Assembly (NCBI GenBank): GCA_965205865.1
Contig: CBDBHR010000028.1
Coordinates: forward strand, 416,001-480,000
Source: a bacterium
GTDB taxonomy: Bacteria; SAR324; NAC60-12
Direction: 5' to 3'
DNA: 64,000 nt
The notes under the pieces are model-generated. The model was not told the origin of the DNA, made no database searches, and worked only from the letters and a program-made list of their open reading frames with translations. Shown piece after piece: positions 29,816 to 40,182 of this stretch; positions within the stretch are counted from its first letter, which is position 1; every line of letters begins with the position of its first letter. The translations under genes were made by a program, and so were the position numbers.

Positions 29816-30601
29816 TTATTTGCCGGTGAAAGACTGAGTTGAGAAGACGGTTGAAGAATCTGAGGGTTCCCACCCGGTCGATCGAACAATACCGGAGGAG
29901 GAACAGGGTGTTTGCAGGTCTTGCCACTGTCCCCGGACGAGTACTTGCGCGGGACGGTATTCGGCCTTGTAGTTCATTTTGTAAGAATCTTTGACCCAAA
30001 ATCCCAGATAGAGCCAGGGAATCTTTAATTCCCGGCAGTATTCGATTTCATAAAGAATTGAATAGACTCCCAAGCGACGGAATGCGAAATCAGGGTGGAA
30101 GATGAAATAAACAGAACTGATAGCGGACGGCAAGCGATCAATCCAACTCACTCCGACGAGAAGATCTCCCAAGTAATAATGCGCCATCTCCGTATCTACC
30201 GGGCTTTCAATCAAAAAATTTTGAAATTCCCAAAAATCCGGCTTCTCGGAATTGTGATGCCATGCCACTTGATATTTCTGGTAAAGCTCAAAGCTCTCCC
30301 GGGAAAAATCAACAGGGTAATGTTCGATGCAAAGATCCTGGTTTTTTTGCCATGTCCGGCGTTGGCTCTTTGTCATGCGAAACTGCTTGACATCCACTCG
30401 AAGTGGGATGCAGAGGTGGCAATTGTTGCAGATAGGATGGTACACGGAACAACCGCTGCGCCGAAAACCATGGTTGAGTAATTTTTCGTAGGTTGCACCA
30501 GGGAGCGTTTCGGTTTCGAATGTGAGGTTCTCCCAAATACCCTTGTTTCGATAAGGACAAGGGCCATTGTTGGTGTGATAAAGTTTAAAATTCAGTGTCA
30601 T
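29816..30601 (-). CDS. Arginyl-tRNA-protein transferase family (bacterial Bpt-type aminoacyl transferase)
   Basis: GPCPY, GFRRSG...YHPICNNCHLCIPLR, SQRR, SSVYFIFHP, YLGFWV, KMNYK. The C-terminal tail contains a 36-bp repeat. Confidence 0.9.
   Translation of the reverse strand: MTLNFKLYHTNNGPCPYRNKGIWENLTFETETLPGATYEKLLNHGFRRSGCSVYHPICNNCHLCIPLRVDVKQFRMTKSQRRTWQKNQDLCIEHYPVDFSRESFELYQKYQVAWHHNSEKPDFWEFQNFLIESPVDTEMAHYYLGDLLVGVSWIDRLPSAISSVYFIFHPDFAFRRLGVYSILYEIEYCRELKIPWLYLGFWVKDSYKMNYKAEYRPAQVLVRGQWQDLQTPCSSSGIVRSTGWEPSDSSTVFSTQSFTGK
29860..29901. repeat. 36-bp hairpin repeat within the 3' coding tail of the ate/bpt gene
   Basis: CTGAGGGTTCCCACCCGGTCGATCGAACAATACCGG-AGGAGG; encodes SSGIVRSTGWEPS. 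Confidence 0.85.
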
Positions 30602-30647
30602 AGTTGGCCTGAAATTGAACCAATTTTAGCTTTTTCCCGGAGAATGA

Positions 30648-31625
30648 TCAATCCGGAATGCCGGTAGCAATAATGGTCACCGCCACATTTTCTCCCATTG
30701 ACTCCAGCGTGGTTAATCCAAAAATAAGATTGACTTCTTCATCCGCCAATTCTTCAATGGCACTGACAGCTTCGTTGATTTCTAACATTCCGATATCCTG
30801 ATTGCCTACCACATGTACCAGAATTCCCTTGGCGCCTCGAATATCAGTATCTTGCATGAGTGGACTCTTGATCGCATTTTGAGTTGCTTTCACCATCCGT
30901 TCTTCTCCGGATGCGACCCCTTTGCCAATCACGGCTGTGCCCATGCCTCCCATGATGGTCTTCACGTCGGCAAAATCCACATTGATTTCTCCTACGTTGT
31001 TGATCAAATCGGTAATCCCTTGGATCGCATTGATCAGCACCTCATCGACCAAATGAAAGGCATCCAGTAAACTGGTCGATGGGCTGGTCGCCTCCAGAAG
31101 TTTGTCATTGGGAATAACCAGGAGAGTGTCTGCATACTGACGCAAATTCTCAATTCCCTCCAAGGCGATCCTCATACGTTTGCGGCCTTCGAAGGTAAAA
31201 GGGATGGTGACGATCCCTACAGTCAAAATTTTTTGTGATTTGGCAATCCTGCCGATGACGGGTACAGTTCCGGTTCCAGTTCCACCACCCATACCCGCAG
31301 TGATGAAAACCATATGTGCGCCTTCCATGCTTTTTTCAAGCTCATGTGAACTTTCTTCTGCCGCTTTTTCTCCTGTTTCCGGATCTGCGCCGGCACCCAA
31401 TCCCCGGGTAAGATTCCTTCCCAATTCTATTTTGACATTTGCATTTGTGCTCTCCAGCGCTTTGATATCGGTATTGCAAGCAACAAAATCCACATACTTG
31501 ACATCCAAGTTCACCATTTTTGTTATGACATTACACCCTGCCCCGCCAGCTCCCGTGACAACGATTTTAGGGGTAAAGACACCCTGCGCTGAAACGAAGA
31601 CATTTTCATCAGATTGCTCTACCAT
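30648..31625 (-). CDS. ftsZ: FtsZ family GTPase lacking the C-terminal tail (probable paralog)
   Basis: GAGGAGCN, TRGLGAG, AGMGGGTGTG, PFTFEG, NVDFADV; ends at IATGIPD. Confidence 0.9.
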   Translation of the reverse strand: MVEQSDENVFVSAQGVFTPKIVVTGAGGAGCNVITKMVNLDVKYVDFVACNTDIKALESTNANVKIELGRNLTRGLGAGADPETGEKAAEESSHELEKSMEGAHMVFITAGMGGGTGTGTVPVIGRIAKSQKILTVGIVTIPFTFEGRKRMRIALEGIENLRQYADTLLVIPNDKLLEATSPSTSLLDAFHLVDEVLINAIQGITDLINNVGEINVDFADVKTIMGGMGTAVIGKGVASGEERMVKATQNAIKSPLMQDTDIRGAKGILVHVVGNQDIGMLEINEAVSAIEELADEEVNLIFGLTTLESMGENVAVTIIATGIPD

Positions 31626-31908
31626 TGTATTTCCTGTTTTTGTTACCGAAGATCGGAAACGTTATCACGAAAACGTTTCCTCTGATCGTCAAATTGCGGT
31701 GAGAGCGTTTTTGGCATTATTGTGTACTCCATTCCTGTATTATTGAGAATGTACCACGATGAGGCGTATTTTCAAGAAATAGTCTTTTGCATCTGCATAC
31801 AAATGATGTTAATTATGAGTAAATTTTGTTTATTTACCCTCTCCTTTCTAAATGCCCACAAGGGATACCAAGTGGATTTGGCCTAACTGTAGCAACCTGT
31901 ATAAGACC

Positions 31909-32208
31909 ATGGGGACGAAAACGGTTATTGAGCCCAAAACCAAACCCAAACTGGATTATCCCAAACAGTACAAAGTTCTTTTGCACAATGATGACTTTAC
32001 TCCAATGGAATTTGTTGTCAGAGTAATGGCTGCTGTTTTCCAATTGAGTGAACCGCAAGCAGTTGAGTTTATGTTATACGTCCATTTCCATGGTGTCGGC
32101 GTATGCGGAATTTATAGTTACGAAATAGCGGAGAGTAAAATCAATCAGGTCCATGAAATGGCAGAAAAGAAAAATTATCCTCTCTTGTGCAGCATGGAAG
32201 AAGCTTAA
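31909..32208 (+). CDS. clpS: ATP-dependent Clp protease adaptor ClpS
   Basis: YKVLLHNDDFTPMEFVV, MLYVH, YEIAESK, YPLLCSME. Confidence 0.96.
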   Translation: MGTKTVIEPKTKPKLDYPKQYKVLLHNDDFTPMEFVVRVMAAVFQLSEPQAVEFMLYVHFHGVGVCGIYSYEIAESKINQVHEMAEKKNYPLLCSMEEA

Positions 32209-32226
32209 ATGCTCCTCCTCTTGAAA

Positions 32227-32601
32227 TCATTCAATTGATTTCATTCCAAGTTCTTTCGCCGAAACCTTTGCCGCGACCTGAAACAACGCTTTGGGGAATT
32301 CCGCATGATGGATTTTGCCATCTTGAATCCATTCCGTCTCTTCAAAAGTGAAGCCGTGGAAACTCACTCTTTGAAAATCATACCAAACCCCATGCCGTTG
32401 ATGCTGTAATTTGTCAGCAACGAAACAAGTTCCTGTTTCATCCCGAAAACCAATTTTTTTATTCGCGATAACCTCTGCTTTGCTAGTTTTGCGAAAATAT
32501 AAACGAAAATCGAACTTTCCCCACAAGAAATACACCAAGGGTATTGATGTATCTTTATCAAAAATGAAATAACTGTTGTTTTCAATTTCGTATTTGTTCA
32601 C
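32227..32601 (-). CDS. Hypothetical protein
   Basis: 124-aa ORF with GAAGGAG RBS and protein-like composition; no family recognised. Confidence 0.6.
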   Translation of the reverse strand: MNKYEIENNSYFIFDKDTSIPLVYFLWGKFDFRLYFRKTSKAEVIANKKIGFRDETGTCFVADKLQHQRHGVWYDFQRVSFHGFTFEETEWIQDGKIHHAEFPKALFQVAAKVSAKELGMKSIE

Positions 32602-32985
32602 AGTGCATACTCCTTCACAGCGTAATTTTTCCAGAAGACATAATCAATGATGCAATTTCTATCAATAAAAGAGGTTTTCATGAGTGTCAAGTTCAGAAGA
32701 AATCCGAGTAGGCTTGTAATGTCTTTTCCACACTAATTTTAACCGTAGTCAGCAGTTGTCCGGTCAAAAAGGATATGGAGAAAACGCGCCCGACTGTAAT
32801 ACTTCCATTTCACAAAATGAGGAACTCGGGCAACTGCTCAATTCTCTTCAAATCTTGTGTAGGAATTCTCGACTCGTCTGCAATTTCTATATCTTTGTCC
32901 TTTTTTCATCAATGTGTCAGGATCAGATCCTTGTTGAATTCAACTTCCCACACAAAACATTATTTCCTGATTCTCGAGATACGCT

Positions 32986-33630
32986 ATGATTAAAGCAATT
33001 TTTTGTGATTTTGGAGGGGTATTGACGACCAGCCCTTTCGTCGCCTTCAACCGTTACGAAGCGGAACACGAAATTCTTCAAGATACTATTCGGAAGATAA
33101 ATGCCACCAATCCGGATCAGAATGCATGGGCGCGTTTTGAACGCAGTGAAATCAACTTGGATGCCTTTGACCAGGAATTTGCGGCCGAAGCCAAACAGCT
33201 CGGTTATACTATTCCGGGACGCGACGTTATTGCCTTACTGTCCGGCGAGTTGATTCCTGAAATGGTGGAGGCGCTGCACCACTGGGGAAAGTACTTCAAA
33301 ACTGCCTGCTTGACCAACAATGTCCAAGCCGAAGATGGACCTGCCGTGCATTTTTCGATTAAACAGATAGAGAAAATCAATCAAGTGATGGCACAGTTTG
33401 ACTTTGTCATCGAATCAAGAAAAATTGGTCTCCGTAAACCAGATCCAAAATTTTACAAAATCGCTTGCCAAAAAGTGGAGGTGGAGCCGGTTGAAGTCGT
33501 CTTTCTCGATGACTTGGGAATCAATCTGAGACCCGCACGGGCCATGGGTATGAAAACAATCAAAGTTCTGCATCCCCGCCAGGCCCTTGAAGAACTGCAA
33601 TCATTTCTCAATTTTCCTCCAAGGGTATAA
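32986..33630 (+). CDS. HAD-superfamily hydrolase (HAD-IA)
   Basis: DFGGVL, LTNN, RKPDP, FLDDLGINL. Confidence 0.9.
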   Translation: MIKAIFCDFGGVLTTSPFVAFNRYEAEHEILQDTIRKINATNPDQNAWARFERSEINLDAFDQEFAAEAKQLGYTIPGRDVIALLSGELIPEMVEALHHWGKYFKTACLTNNVQAEDGPAVHFSIKQIEKINQVMAQFDFVIESRKIGLRKPDPKFYKIACQKVEVEPVEVVFLDDLGINLRPARAMGMKTIKVLHPRQALEELQSFLNFPPRV

Positions 33631-33827
33631 CACCCGATTCCCCACAGAATCTTGTAAAAACATTGCGGAAAATAAAAACAGAAGTGGTCTCGCGCCCATG
33701 TGACAGTGTTCTTTCCAGATTCGTAATCAAGACGAGAGTTGATCATTGCTTAAAATTGCTTTAAAACCTTGGAAACGCACCGTTTTTAAAGCAACGGATA
33801 AACCAATCACAAACGGTAAAAGGGAAT

Positions 33828-35012
33828 ATGGGTGAAGTTTTGGAAGGCATCCGGGTATTGGATTTCGGGCGCTATATCGCCGGTCCATTTTGCGCAACCT
33901 TGTTGGGAGATTTTGGCGCTGAAGTGATTCGCATCGAAAAAGTGAGAGGCAGTGAAGATCGCTATGTTTCTCCCATCAACGACGCCGGAGAAGGATCATT
34001 ATTCATGCAAATGGGTCGCAACAAACTGGGAATGACCCTCAACCCCATGAAAGCGGAAGGACGTGAAATCGTAAAAAAACTGGTGAGCACTGCCGATGTC
34101 GTAGTCGCCAATCTTCCTCCCGACACACTGGTCACAATGGGATTGGATTATGAAAGTTTGAAGGCCAGCAAAGCGGATATCATATTGACCACAGTCTCTG
34201 CTTTTGGCTCCGGTGGTCCCTACAGCAATCGGGTGGGATTCGACGGATTGGGGCAAGCCATGTCGGGTCAAATGCACCTGACTGGTCCGGCCAGTCAACC
34301 TGTCAAATCATTTTCCCCTTATGTCGATTACGGCACTGCCTCCCTGTGCGCGTTCGGTACCTTGGCCGCGTTGATGGAACGCCAAAAAACGGGAAAAGGA
34401 CAGGTCGTGGAAGGTGCACTGCTCACCACTGCCCTCTCGTTCAACAACAGTATGTTGATCGAACAAAGTGTTATTCAGGCAAATCGTGTTGGCACGATGA
34501 ACCGTTCGCAGAATTCGGCGCCTGCGGATACCTTTAAAACCAAAGATGGCTGGGTGCTCATCCATACCGTGGGACAACCTTTGTTTGAGCGCTGGGTTCG
34601 ATTGATGGGAGAAAATCACTGGCTTGAGGACCCGCGTATGCAGGATGATCAGTCCCGTGGTGATCATGGCGAAGTGATCAGCGAAAGGTTGGCTGACTGG
34701 TGTGCAGAAAGGACCACGGATGACGTCCTACATATCTTCGAGGAAGCACGCTTGCCGGCCGGTCCTATACTCACTCCTCAGCAAACACTGGAGGATCCGC
34801 ATGTCCTTGCAAAAAATCTTTTCAAGAAATTAGACTATCCCGGACTAGCAAGTCCCGCTCCGGTAATGGACACCCCTGTCCGCCTTTCAGAAACCCCCGG
34901 ATCCATCCGCAGACGGTCTCCTATCCTCGGAGAACACACGAACCTCCTTCTCGGCGAACTGGGTTACACAGTGGCAGAAATCAATGACCTACGCCAAAAA
35001 AGAGTAGTCTGA
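33828..35012 (+). CDS. Family III CoA transferase (CaiB/BaiF)
   Basis: LEGIRVLD, AGPFC, GAEVIRIE, RNKLG, ADVVVAN, P.LGEHT. Confidence 0.93.
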   Translation: MGEVLEGIRVLDFGRYIAGPFCATLLGDFGAEVIRIEKVRGSEDRYVSPINDAGEGSLFMQMGRNKLGMTLNPMKAEGREIVKKLVSTADVVVANLPPDTLVTMGLDYESLKASKADIILTTVSAFGSGGPYSNRVGFDGLGQAMSGQMHLTGPASQPVKSFSPYVDYGTASLCAFGTLAALMERQKTGKGQVVEGALLTTALSFNNSMLIEQSVIQANRVGTMNRSQNSAPADTFKTKDGWVLIHTVGQPLFERWVRLMGENHWLEDPRMQDDQSRGDHGEVISERLADWCAERTTDDVLHIFEEARLPAGPILTPQQTLEDPHVLAKNLFKKLDYPGLASPAPVMDTPVRLSETPGSIRRRSPILGEHTNLLLGELGYTVAEINDLRQKRVV

Positions 35013-35039
35013 AATCGGATCAAAATTAGGGAGAACCAT

Positions 35040-35870
35040 ATGGAATTCAGCGGCTCGGAAAAGTACTATCTCAATCCTGAGATAGGGATGATCGTCAATA
35101 TGGCGGTACGGATGGAAAAGCCTCTGTTACTGACCGGGGAACCAGGTACCGGCAAAACCCAACTTGCTTTTGAAGTCAGTCAAGCCCTGAACATGCCGAT
35201 TGAAGTACTACGCGCCAAGTCCACGATCAAAGGGGAAGAAGTTTGCTACACGCAAGACACCGTGTTGCGTTTAAACGATGCGCGGTTCGGAGCAGGTGGG
35301 AGCCAACGCAATGTCAATGAATTTTATGATTATGTGATCTGGGGACCCATTGGTCGAGCCTTTCGCAGTGAAGTCCGCGTGGTCTTACTGCTCGATGAAA
35401 TCGATAAGACTGAATCCGATGTTCAAGACAATCTCTTGGATGTCTTGGAAGACTGCGAATTCACCATTCGCGAGGTCAATCATGTAATCAAAGCCAAACT
35501 CCGTCCCGTGATCGTCATCACATCCAATGCCAAACGTGAGTTGTCGGATCCTTTTTTGCGTCGCTGTTTTTGCCATCACATTGCTTTTCCTAAGCCGGAT
35601 GAAATGGAGCAAATCATCAGGCTTCATTTCCCGGATGTCTTGCAAGGTCTGCTGGAAGCGGCATTGAAGATTTTCTATGAATTGCGCGAACGAGGTTATG
35701 AAAAGCCTCCTGCAACGGGGGAATTATTGAATTGGATTGAAGCCTTGCAGATTTCCGGAGAATTTCCCCAAGATGCCAACAACGCTCCTTACTTGGGAAC
35801 ATTGCTCAAACGTACCAATGATATTCTGGGCTACCGCAATGCGGGAAATTTTCAACAAAAACGATGGTGA
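35040..35870 (+). CDS. MoxR-like AAA+ ATPase
   Basis: GEPGTGKT, LLDEIDK, ITSN..RELSDPFLRRC. Confidence 0.92.
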   Translation: MEFSGSEKYYLNPEIGMIVNMAVRMEKPLLLTGEPGTGKTQLAFEVSQALNMPIEVLRAKSTIKGEEVCYTQDTVLRLNDARFGAGGSQRNVNEFYDYVIWGPIGRAFRSEVRVVLLLDEIDKTESDVQDNLLDVLEDCEFTIREVNHVIKAKLRPVIVITSNAKRELSDPFLRRCFCHHIAFPKPDEMEQIIRLHFPDVLQGLLEAALKIFYELRERGYEKPPATGELLNWIEALQISGEFPQDANNAPYLGTLLKRTNDILGYRNAGNFQQKRW

Positions 35871-35893
35871 TCCCTTAAACGAAGAATTAAACC

Positions 35894-37087
35894 ATGCTCA
35901 CTGTTTTTTGTAATTTACTACGAGACTATGGAATTCCAATTTCCCTGCATGAAGTGATGGATTTTCATCAGGGTCTGGAAAAGGGATTAGTCAATGATCT
36001 GGACGAACTTTACCTGTATGCGCGTCTCTCCATGGTCAAACGGGTCGAACATATGGATTTATTCCAACGAGCCTTTGCTTTTTATTTTTATGGCGTGGAC
36101 TTACCCGCTGTTGGAGAAGACGATCCGGAAATATTCAAAACATCACAATTCCAGGAATGGTTACGGAATGCCATTCAAAACGGAGAAATTCCAAGGAATG
36201 CATATTGGAATGTGCCGGCCGAAGAATTGATGAAAAAATTTTGGGCCACGGTCAAAGAACAAATGAAGGCACATCATGGCGGCAATAAATGGGTCGGTAC
36301 CGGGGGAACTTCTCCCTTCGGCCATTCCGGATTTGCTGAGCGCGGAATCCGGGTTTTCGGTTCTTCAGGAGATCACTCGGCCATCAAGGTCATTGGAGAT
36401 CGCAATTATATCAATTACTCGGCCGATCAAACTCTGAGCGGCGACAACATACGCCAGGCTTTGGAAAGCCTTAAATATTTGAGAAAAACCGGTGCGGAAG
36501 ATGAATTGGATCTTGATGAAACCATCTACCGCACTGCGCGCAATGGTGGAGAAATCGACCTGATTTTTCACTGTGAATTGAAGGACAAAATCAAAGTGGT
36601 GCTCTTGATCGATAATGGTGGATACTCCATGACCCCGTATGTCGACGTCACTCGTTTGCTCTTTTCCAAAATGCATGCGCGTTTTCAGGAGTTCACTACG
36701 TATTATTTTCATAACACCATTTACAATCGAGTCTATCAGGACCCTCGACGAACCAAACCTTTTCAGACAAATGATCTGATAAAAAAACCGAGAAGCACTC
36801 GAATCATTATTTTGGGCGATGCCAGCATGGCCCCCGAAGAACTGCTGCAACCTCATGGATCCATCTATATTGATGACCATCAACCTCTTTCAAGCTTGGA
36901 TTGGCTCAAGAAATTAAAAATACGTTTCCCATACATCGTCTGGTTGAATCCTATTCCTCGTCATGAATGGAATTACGGTGTCCGGACTTTGGACAAAATT
37001 CGGGAACTCTTTCATATGGAAGAATTAACGCTTCGCGGCATCAAGCAAATGGTCGACTTTCTGAATGCCCGATCCGCCGTGGATTAA
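35894..37087 (+). CDS. VWA-domain (CoxE-like) partner of MoxR
   Basis: HHGGNKWVGTGGTSPFGHSG, ELDLDETI, LLIDNGGYSM, GDASMAP, VWLNP; follows the MoxR gene. Confidence 0.88.
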   Translation: MLTVFCNLLRDYGIPISLHEVMDFHQGLEKGLVNDLDELYLYARLSMVKRVEHMDLFQRAFAFYFYGVDLPAVGEDDPEIFKTSQFQEWLRNAIQNGEIPRNAYWNVPAEELMKKFWATVKEQMKAHHGGNKWVGTGGTSPFGHSGFAERGIRVFGSSGDHSAIKVIGDRNYINYSADQTLSGDNIRQALESLKYLRKTGAEDELDLDETIYRTARNGGEIDLIFHCELKDKIKVVLLIDNGGYSMTPYVDVTRLLFSKMHARFQEFTTYYFHNTIYNRVYQDPRRTKPFQTNDLIKKPRSTRIIILGDASMAPEELLQPHGSIYIDDHQPLSSLDWLKKLKIRFPYIVWLNPIPRHEWNYGVRTLDKIRELFHMEELTLRGIKQMVDFLNARSAVD

Positions 37088-37107
37088 ACTGGTTTTATGG
37101 AGTTCCT

Positions 37108-37991
37108 ATGATTTCCAGCGAAGAACGTTTTTCCAAAAAACAAGCATCGATTCTCGGTTCTCAAATAAGCTATGTGGAGGAGGGGAGCGGGGACCCCATT
37201 GTTTTCCTGCATGGCAATCCGACCTCTTCCTATCTCTGGCGTAACGTCATCCCGTTTGCCCTGAACCTCGGGCACTGCATTGCTCCGGACCTGATTGGCA
37301 TGGGCGACTCGCAAAAACTGGCAAACAGCGGACCGTCTTCTTATACGTTGAGGGAACACCGGCGATACCTCGATACCTTGCTCGCCTATCTGGAAGTAAA
37401 CGAAAACGTCACTTTCGTGGTCCACGATTGGGGCTCTGCTCTCGGCTTTGACTGGGCCAATCGTCATCGTGAGCAGGTCAAGGGCCTGGTTTATATGGAA
37501 TCGCTCGTTTATCCCCTTGAATGGGAGGACTGGCCGGAAGTGGCCCGCAATGTATTCCAGGGATTTCGTTCCCCGGGGGGGGAGAGTATGATTTTAGAAA
37601 AAATTTTTTTGTGGAGAAAGTGCTCCCCCGTTCGGTGATGCGTGAACTCACTGAAACGGAAATGGTGGTCTACCGTCGTCCCTATCTGCAAGCGGGAGAA
37701 AGTCGCCGTCCTACTTTGACTTGGCCCCGTCAAATCCCCATTGCAAAAAAACCTGAAGACGTCGCGGCCATTGTTACGGATTACGGCAAATGGTTGTCTT
37801 GCTGCCAAGTTCCCAAATTATTCATCAATGCGCACCCGGGAATGATTCTGGTGGGTCAGCAACGTGAATTTTGTCGACTCTGGCCAAATCAAAAAGAAAT
37901 AACGGTCAAAGGGTTGCACTTCATTCAGGAAGATTCGCCCGCTGAAATTGGCGCAGCCCTGGCTGATTTTCTGAAAAAGATAAGCACTTGA
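37108..37991 (+). pseudogene. Haloalkane dehalogenase, single frameshift near 37600 (possibly sequencing error)
   Basis: FLHGNPTSSYLWRN, APDLIGMG, VHDWGSALG in one frame; NFFVEKVLP...PTLTWPRQIP...GLHFIQEDSP in another. The shift lies in an A/T homopolymer. Confidence 0.88.
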
Positions 37992-38051
37992 ACCAATCGC
38001 TGTTTCAGAAAAATAAAGACCCTGTATTATCCTCAATCACAAAAAAATCCT

Positions 38052-38648
38052 ATGCAACTCGTCGAAGATATCCTCCATTTCTGGTTTGGTGATTTGCAGA
38101 CAGACGATCAAATATCTGAGGCCAAACATCGAATTTGGTTCAATAAAAATGATGAAATCGATCAGGCGTGCAGCCGGTTCGAAGCCGAACTCCTCAAAGT
38201 AGCCCAAGGCGACACGGAAACCTGGAAAACTTCTCCCAGAGGCATTCTGGCTTTGATCATCCTCCTGGATCAATTCTCCAGAAATATCTACCGCAACTCT
38301 CCCAAGGCATTTGCTCAGGATCCACAGGCGTTGGCATTGTCCCTGAAAGCGGTGGAGACTGGAGTGGATGCTGCCCTGCGACCAATCGAGCGCATCTTTC
38401 TTTACATGCCGCAGATGCATTCAGAAAAGTTGGCACACCAGAAACAAAGTATCCGACTTTTTGAAAACTTGCTGGAAACGGCACCCCTGAACTTGAAGGA
38501 GATCATGAAAGCATCGTTGGATGCGGCGCATCGTCATTGTGAAATCATTGAGCGCTTCGACCGCTTTCCTCATCGCAACGAAATCCTGGCACGTCCCAAC
38601 ACCCCAGAGGAAGAAGCATTTCTCACACAACCAGGGTACCGTTTTTAG
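38052..38648 (+). CDS. DUF924 family protein
   Basis: FWFG, ILLDQFSRNIYR, FLYMPQMHSE, RFPHRN. Confidence 0.92.
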   Translation: MQLVEDILHFWFGDLQTDDQISEAKHRIWFNKNDEIDQACSRFEAELLKVAQGDTETWKTSPRGILALIILLDQFSRNIYRNSPKAFAQDPQALALSLKAVETGVDAALRPIERIFLYMPQMHSEKLAHQKQSIRLFENLLETAPLNLKEIMKASLDAAHRHCEIIERFDRFPHRNEILARPNTPEEEAFLTQPGYRF

Positions 38649-38743
38649 CACCAGAACCCATGAAGAAGGACAAGCCAAAGCTCTGGCACAGGGCCCCTTT
38701 TTTAGTACCAGAACGCGTGAAGAAGCACAAACCAAAGCCCTGG
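38642..38743. repeat. Two ~45-bp direct repeats with 57-bp period
   Basis: tttttagcaccagaacccatgaagaaggacaagccaaagctctgg versus tttttagtaccagaacgcgtgaagaagcacaaaccaaagccctgg. Confidence 0.75.
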
Positions 38744-39201
38744 TATTTATACCATTGAAATGCGCAGGACGGTTATGCAGGCTCACCCAAACGAAAAATT
38801 CACATCAAACCCTTCGATCCCTGTTTACTACGGGGCGCTTATCTGGCAGGCGGTTCGGATTGGAAGACTCCGGATACCCCCTAAAATTCAGTGCTGGGTC
38901 TCATCCTCTATGCCTCCCCCTTTACCCAATCCGACCAGAATTATTACACGTTCTTTGATCGATACGATACGGAAGCGCTCGGTCGACGGAAGATGGTGAG
39001 CGTGGAGCGACTTGTCGACTTTGATCGCGCGTGCTGGCAGCTGGAACGCAATTGCCTGGGAATGTCAGCGGCAGCAATAGATGGCACGATTGAAAAAATC
39101 CTCAGCTGGCATTATCGAGAAATTGCAGAATCGGCGATACGCCGCCTCGCGACTGGCCTTGAATGATCCCCATTGCAGTTTTATCTTTTCCCGGAGTTCC
39201 A

Positions 39202-40182
39202 TTATCCCTCTTTATTCAGAAATTCTTGTAAGATCGGCAGCACTTTGGGTACCCGGTGTCGGCTCATAGGGAGAGCGTCTACCTGATCTCCCATAAAAAT
39301 CCGGTAAGACCTGGCCGATTGTTCGAGATGAGAAACATGGGCCAAGTTGATCACATGGGAGCGATGAATCTGTATAAAAGTACTCGCAGGCAATTGTCTG
39401 AGCGCCTCTTTAAGGGAAATACGCACTTCGATCTCTTCCAAAGCCTGGTCCGTTTTTACAAATATGCGGGAATAATGCTCTTCTACACTAATGTGGCTGA
39501 TAGCTCCCGGCTCCAGGGTGTCCGCCCCATTGCTTCCCGGAATCCTGAACGATTGAGGTTCCGACTCGGAGGTTGAAAAAGATCGAGATGCTTGTTGAGA
39601 AGATATAGATTTACTTCTCCCAAGCGTCGCAGTTGCAAATTCACTGTTTCTTTGCTCCAGAAGCCGGTTGATCTGCCTGGCCTGCTCCAGGCTACCTGCC
39701 AGATTCTTCTTGATTTCCATCTGAAACACGACAAAGGCGATAAAAAACCACAGTGGCAGGATTTTCAAAAAAAGCCCCCATGTTCCGATTTCCTCATTGA
39801 CCTTTGCATATTCGGGGTAAACCTGCGGGACCAGCATGCCGCTCACCATGATGAACACCCCATATCCCGCCAGAAAATTGACGAATGTTAAGGGCCATTG
39901 CTGTCCTATCTTCCTTTTTCCTGAATACCGCTTTCCCCTGGAGATGAAAAAAATTGAGACTTCACCTAAAAGCCACTGGCTCCCTCCAAAACTCGCGGCA
40001 ACGATTCCCCAGGAATAAAAGATACTGAAGGAAAAAGAGAAGCTGGGATTGAACTGCAGGACTACCATGAGGACCACCCCAATCAGCAGGGTGACTTTGA
40101 AATTGAGGCGCAAGCGTTTCTGAAAATCGTAAACAAGTATGGGAGTGTCCCAGTACTCACGAAATGCGTTGATGATTGCCAT
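39202..40182 (-). CDS. Membrane-anchored LytTR-domain transcriptional regulator
   Basis: About 4 N-terminal TM segments; C-terminal LytTR (EEHYSRI, SLKEALRQLP, FIQIHRSHVIN, LPMSR). Confidence 0.9.
   Translation of the reverse strand: MAIINAFREYWDTPILVYDFQKRLRLNFKVTLLIGVVLMVVLQFNPSFSFSFSIFYSWGIVAASFGGSQWLLGEVSIFFISRGKRYSGKRKIGQQWPLTFVNFLAGYGVFIMVSGMLVPQVYPEYAKVNEEIGTWGLFLKILPLWFFIAFVVFQMEIKKNLAGSLEQARQINRLLEQRNSEFATATLGRSKSISSQQASRSFSTSESEPQSFRIPGSNGADTLEPGAISHISVEEHYSRIFVKTDQALEEIEVRISLKEALRQLPASTFIQIHRSHVINLAHVSHLEQSARSYRIFMGDQVDALPMSRHRVPKVLPILQEFLNKEG

Noticed and set aside
33756-33793. TTGCTTTAAAA...TTTTAAAGCAA inverted repeat upstream of the CoA transferase, half-shared with 7676
   Set aside because: It could be an operator, but it is AT-rich and no cognate regulator is evident, so it is too weak to call.
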